Shown: piece by piece, positions 62,976 to 64,000 of the stretch
How the letters are laid out: every line of letters starts with the position of its first letter
How positions within the stretch are numbered: the stretch's first letter is position 1
DNA from: Vezdaea acicularis
Taxonomy: Eukaryota
Assembly (NCBI GenBank): GCA_026025075.1
Contig: JAPEUI010000017.1
Location: forward strand, 1 to 64,000
Direction: 5' to 3'
Length of the DNA: 64,000 nt
Made by a program: the position numbers and the translations under genes
Notes under the pieces: generated by a model
Database searches by the model: none
What the model saw: only the letters and a program-made list of their open reading frames with translations
Told to the model about the DNA's origin: nothing

Positions 62976-64000
62976 TCATCTTTGTGGATTTTGATATGCG
63001 ATATCTCTCTTTATGTATTCGCAGCTAGTCTTTAAGCCGTCTACCAGATCCACGACTGGTGCGTATCCAAGAATTTCAACGGCCTTGCTACAATCGTACC
63101 ATCTGTGAGCGCAAGCGTCCCCATCTCTCCCGGGGAGATGCTCGGTACGCCGCCCAATAGGGTATAAAGAGCATCTACCCCTGAAAGCGTCACCCACGCC
63201 AACATGGGAGGGACGTCGATACTCCACTCATCTGATGCGTATCCCAACTCCGCCCAGGCGCCCCTAATGAAGTCACGAAATCTGACAGGCTGCATATTTG
63301 TAATTGTGAAGACCTCCTCATGCGCTGATTTAGACGCAGGAAGTGACGGTTCAAGTAGGTTTTCTGCAGCGAGGATATGGCCAAGGGCAGCGTTGGTAAC
63401 GTGAGTAACGTCGTACATATTCTCGCCTTTACCAAGGAGGAAGTGCTTTACTAGAGGAGTGCGGAGCACCTGTTGAAAGACGGGGAGCATGCTCTCGTCG
63501 CCTGGGCCGAATAGTGCCATGGGTCTGATAACTGCTGTCTTCATGTCTGAGTTTGGATGCTTGCGGAGGACTTCTAGCTCCGCATAGGCCTTAAAAGTTC
63601 TTAGCACATGCTGCTCGCTCACTGGGACTAGTGGATAGAGGATGCTTGCCTTTGATTCGCTATAGAAGGTATCAAAACGCGTTGGAAACGGTAAGGACGC
63701 TTCCATACGGTTGACGTGATCATCCCAGCTATTCCCTTTAGTAGCTTCTACGCTACTCGTGTAGACAAAAGCCTTCACACGCGCTTCCCGTGCTGCTGCA
63801 ACAATATTACGAGTCCCCCGAACATTTATCTTTAGGAACGAGGGGAGGCTGTAAAGACCTGCCCTTCTTGCGGCAGCAGGAATCAGGCCAGCTGTGTGAA
63901 TGACCACAGAGGGCTTCACTTTGAGCAGAATCTCCTGCATTGAGGGTTCATCCGTGATATCTCCGTGGTGATAGACTACGGTATTGTCTATTGCTTTTGC
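62976..64000 (-). CDS. 3-beta-hydroxysteroid dehydrogenase / Erg26-like extended SDR, 5'-truncated by the window and carrying an apparent frameshift
   Basis: VVIHTAG, FVYTSS, YSESK catalytic motif, IRPMALFGPGD; the homologous tail RWYDCSKA..LGY.P is in a different frame. Confidence 0.82.

Overview
Gene-dense eukaryotic DNA from a filamentous ascomycete (Pezizomycotina), judged by short GT-AG introns with CTRAY branch sites and typical fungal orthologs. About 24 protein-coding genes are supported: SSK1, WHI3, a spermidine-synthase-like membrane protein, BXI1, a LAG1-type ceramide synthase, a PQ-loop protein, dynein light intermediate chain, two orphan genes, IST3, HSV2, a CDC11/AspA septin, MRPS35, SHO1, RO10 dynactin, AVT6-like, MRPS16, NNR1, RSR1, TCD1/2, a bZIP-like factor, PPH3, COA2, a nucleotidyltransferase-like protein and a partial 3-beta-HSD. 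There is also a tRNA-Gly(TCC), an intact 1181-bp Tc1-like transposon, an intronic box C/D snoRNA, a 171-bp tandem duplication and a phosphatase relic. Most notable: (1) the long first intron of the tRNA-modifying TCD gene can fold into a tight four-way-junction RNA with loop-loop complementarity that buries an alternative 5' splice site, a candidate undescribed splicing-regulatory or intronic ncRNA; (2) the Tc1-like element has a DD39E spacing and AAA/AA flanks instead of the canonical TA. All gene models and folds were read by hand and are not database-verified.
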